The translations under genes and the position numbers were made by a program. Of a stretch of 64,000 nucleotides of DNA, positions 63,377 through 64,000 are shown piece after piece (positions within the stretch are counted from its first letter, which is position 1; each line of letters opens with the position of its first letter). The stretch is from contig MU271355.1 of NCBI GenBank assembly GCA_021432655.1, positions 1 through 64,000 of the forward strand. The letters run 5' to 3'. Source of the DNA: Atractiella rhizophila. Taxonomy: Eukaryota. The notes under the pieces were generated by a model that saw only the letters and a list, made by a program, of their open reading frames with translations, made no database searches and was not told the origin of the DNA.

Positions 63377-64000
63377 TCGTTGCAGGCAGCTCCTTTGCAC
63401 GAGAATCATGATGAATATTGCTTCAGTTTACAGATGTATATACTTCAGAACTGGTTATTATAGAAAGCTCAAGAAAGATTGAGATAGGGAGCAAACTGAA
63501 AAGCAAAGCTGGTTGGATGTTTAAGGGACCTTTGTGAACTTGTCGGGAAGAGGTTGGAGAGCCGTGGGAGGACAGTTTGAGAGTGTGCGGCGAGCCTTTC
63601 GACTGGTTCAAATTGGAGTGGTGGTTGTTGAGGAAGCGTTGACGAGCCGCTCTCCCGCCTTCCACGCTTTCCAGAGATTGGAGTGTCACTGTATCTTTAC
63701 TTTCAAAACGACATTCTGATGATTCTACACCTGTATTTAATGTGCAATGTCATGCAAATGGCAATATTGAGCGTCCACACACCGTCCTCCCTCTCCTCCC
63801 CTTCCATCCTCCGCTGTCGTTCAGATTCCCTTCCGTTGACCTCGCGATTCAATCCATCCTTCTGATCGTCGCTCCTTTTTCTGTTCGCCGACACTGACCT
63901 TCCATCCTCGTTCAGCTCCTTTCCCTTCGCCTCCCGTTCAGCATTGCTGCCAATTTTCGTCCTCCACTCGTCCTCGCTCTCCTCCCCCGTTCGCCTCTCC

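Overview
Eukaryotic, intron-containing DNA (short ~50-nt GT-AG introns with CTRAC/CTCAC branch points, a FunK1 kinase, fungal transposon families), most consistent with a basidiomycete fungus (inference). It is a transposon-dense accessory region with no rRNA, tRNA or CRISPR that I can support. Contents: a partial Ngaro/DIRS tyrosine-recombinase retrotransposon (1-3.2 kb); several hAT remnants and MITE-like elements; an RRM gene; a trypsin-fold (S64/Ssy5-like) protease gene; F-box/LRR-like pseudogenes; a Tc1/mariner-type element with TA TSD; and an apparently intact Mutator (MULE) element with a 9-bp TSD that splits a FunK1 kinase gene. The most striking structure is a foldback-like family (25.0-42.6 kb). 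It has four copies of the terminus CTACTAACA(G/A)TACTTTAGG and long arms built from 63-bp and 67-bp palindrome-containing tandem repeats. One pair of ends brackets a decayed SNF2-family helicase gene, and none of the ends shows a TSD. Second, the Ngaro gag-pol junction appears to contain a spliceosomal intron whose two possible acceptors would give Gag versus Gag-Pol. All protein assignments come from motif recognition by eye; no database searches were run.
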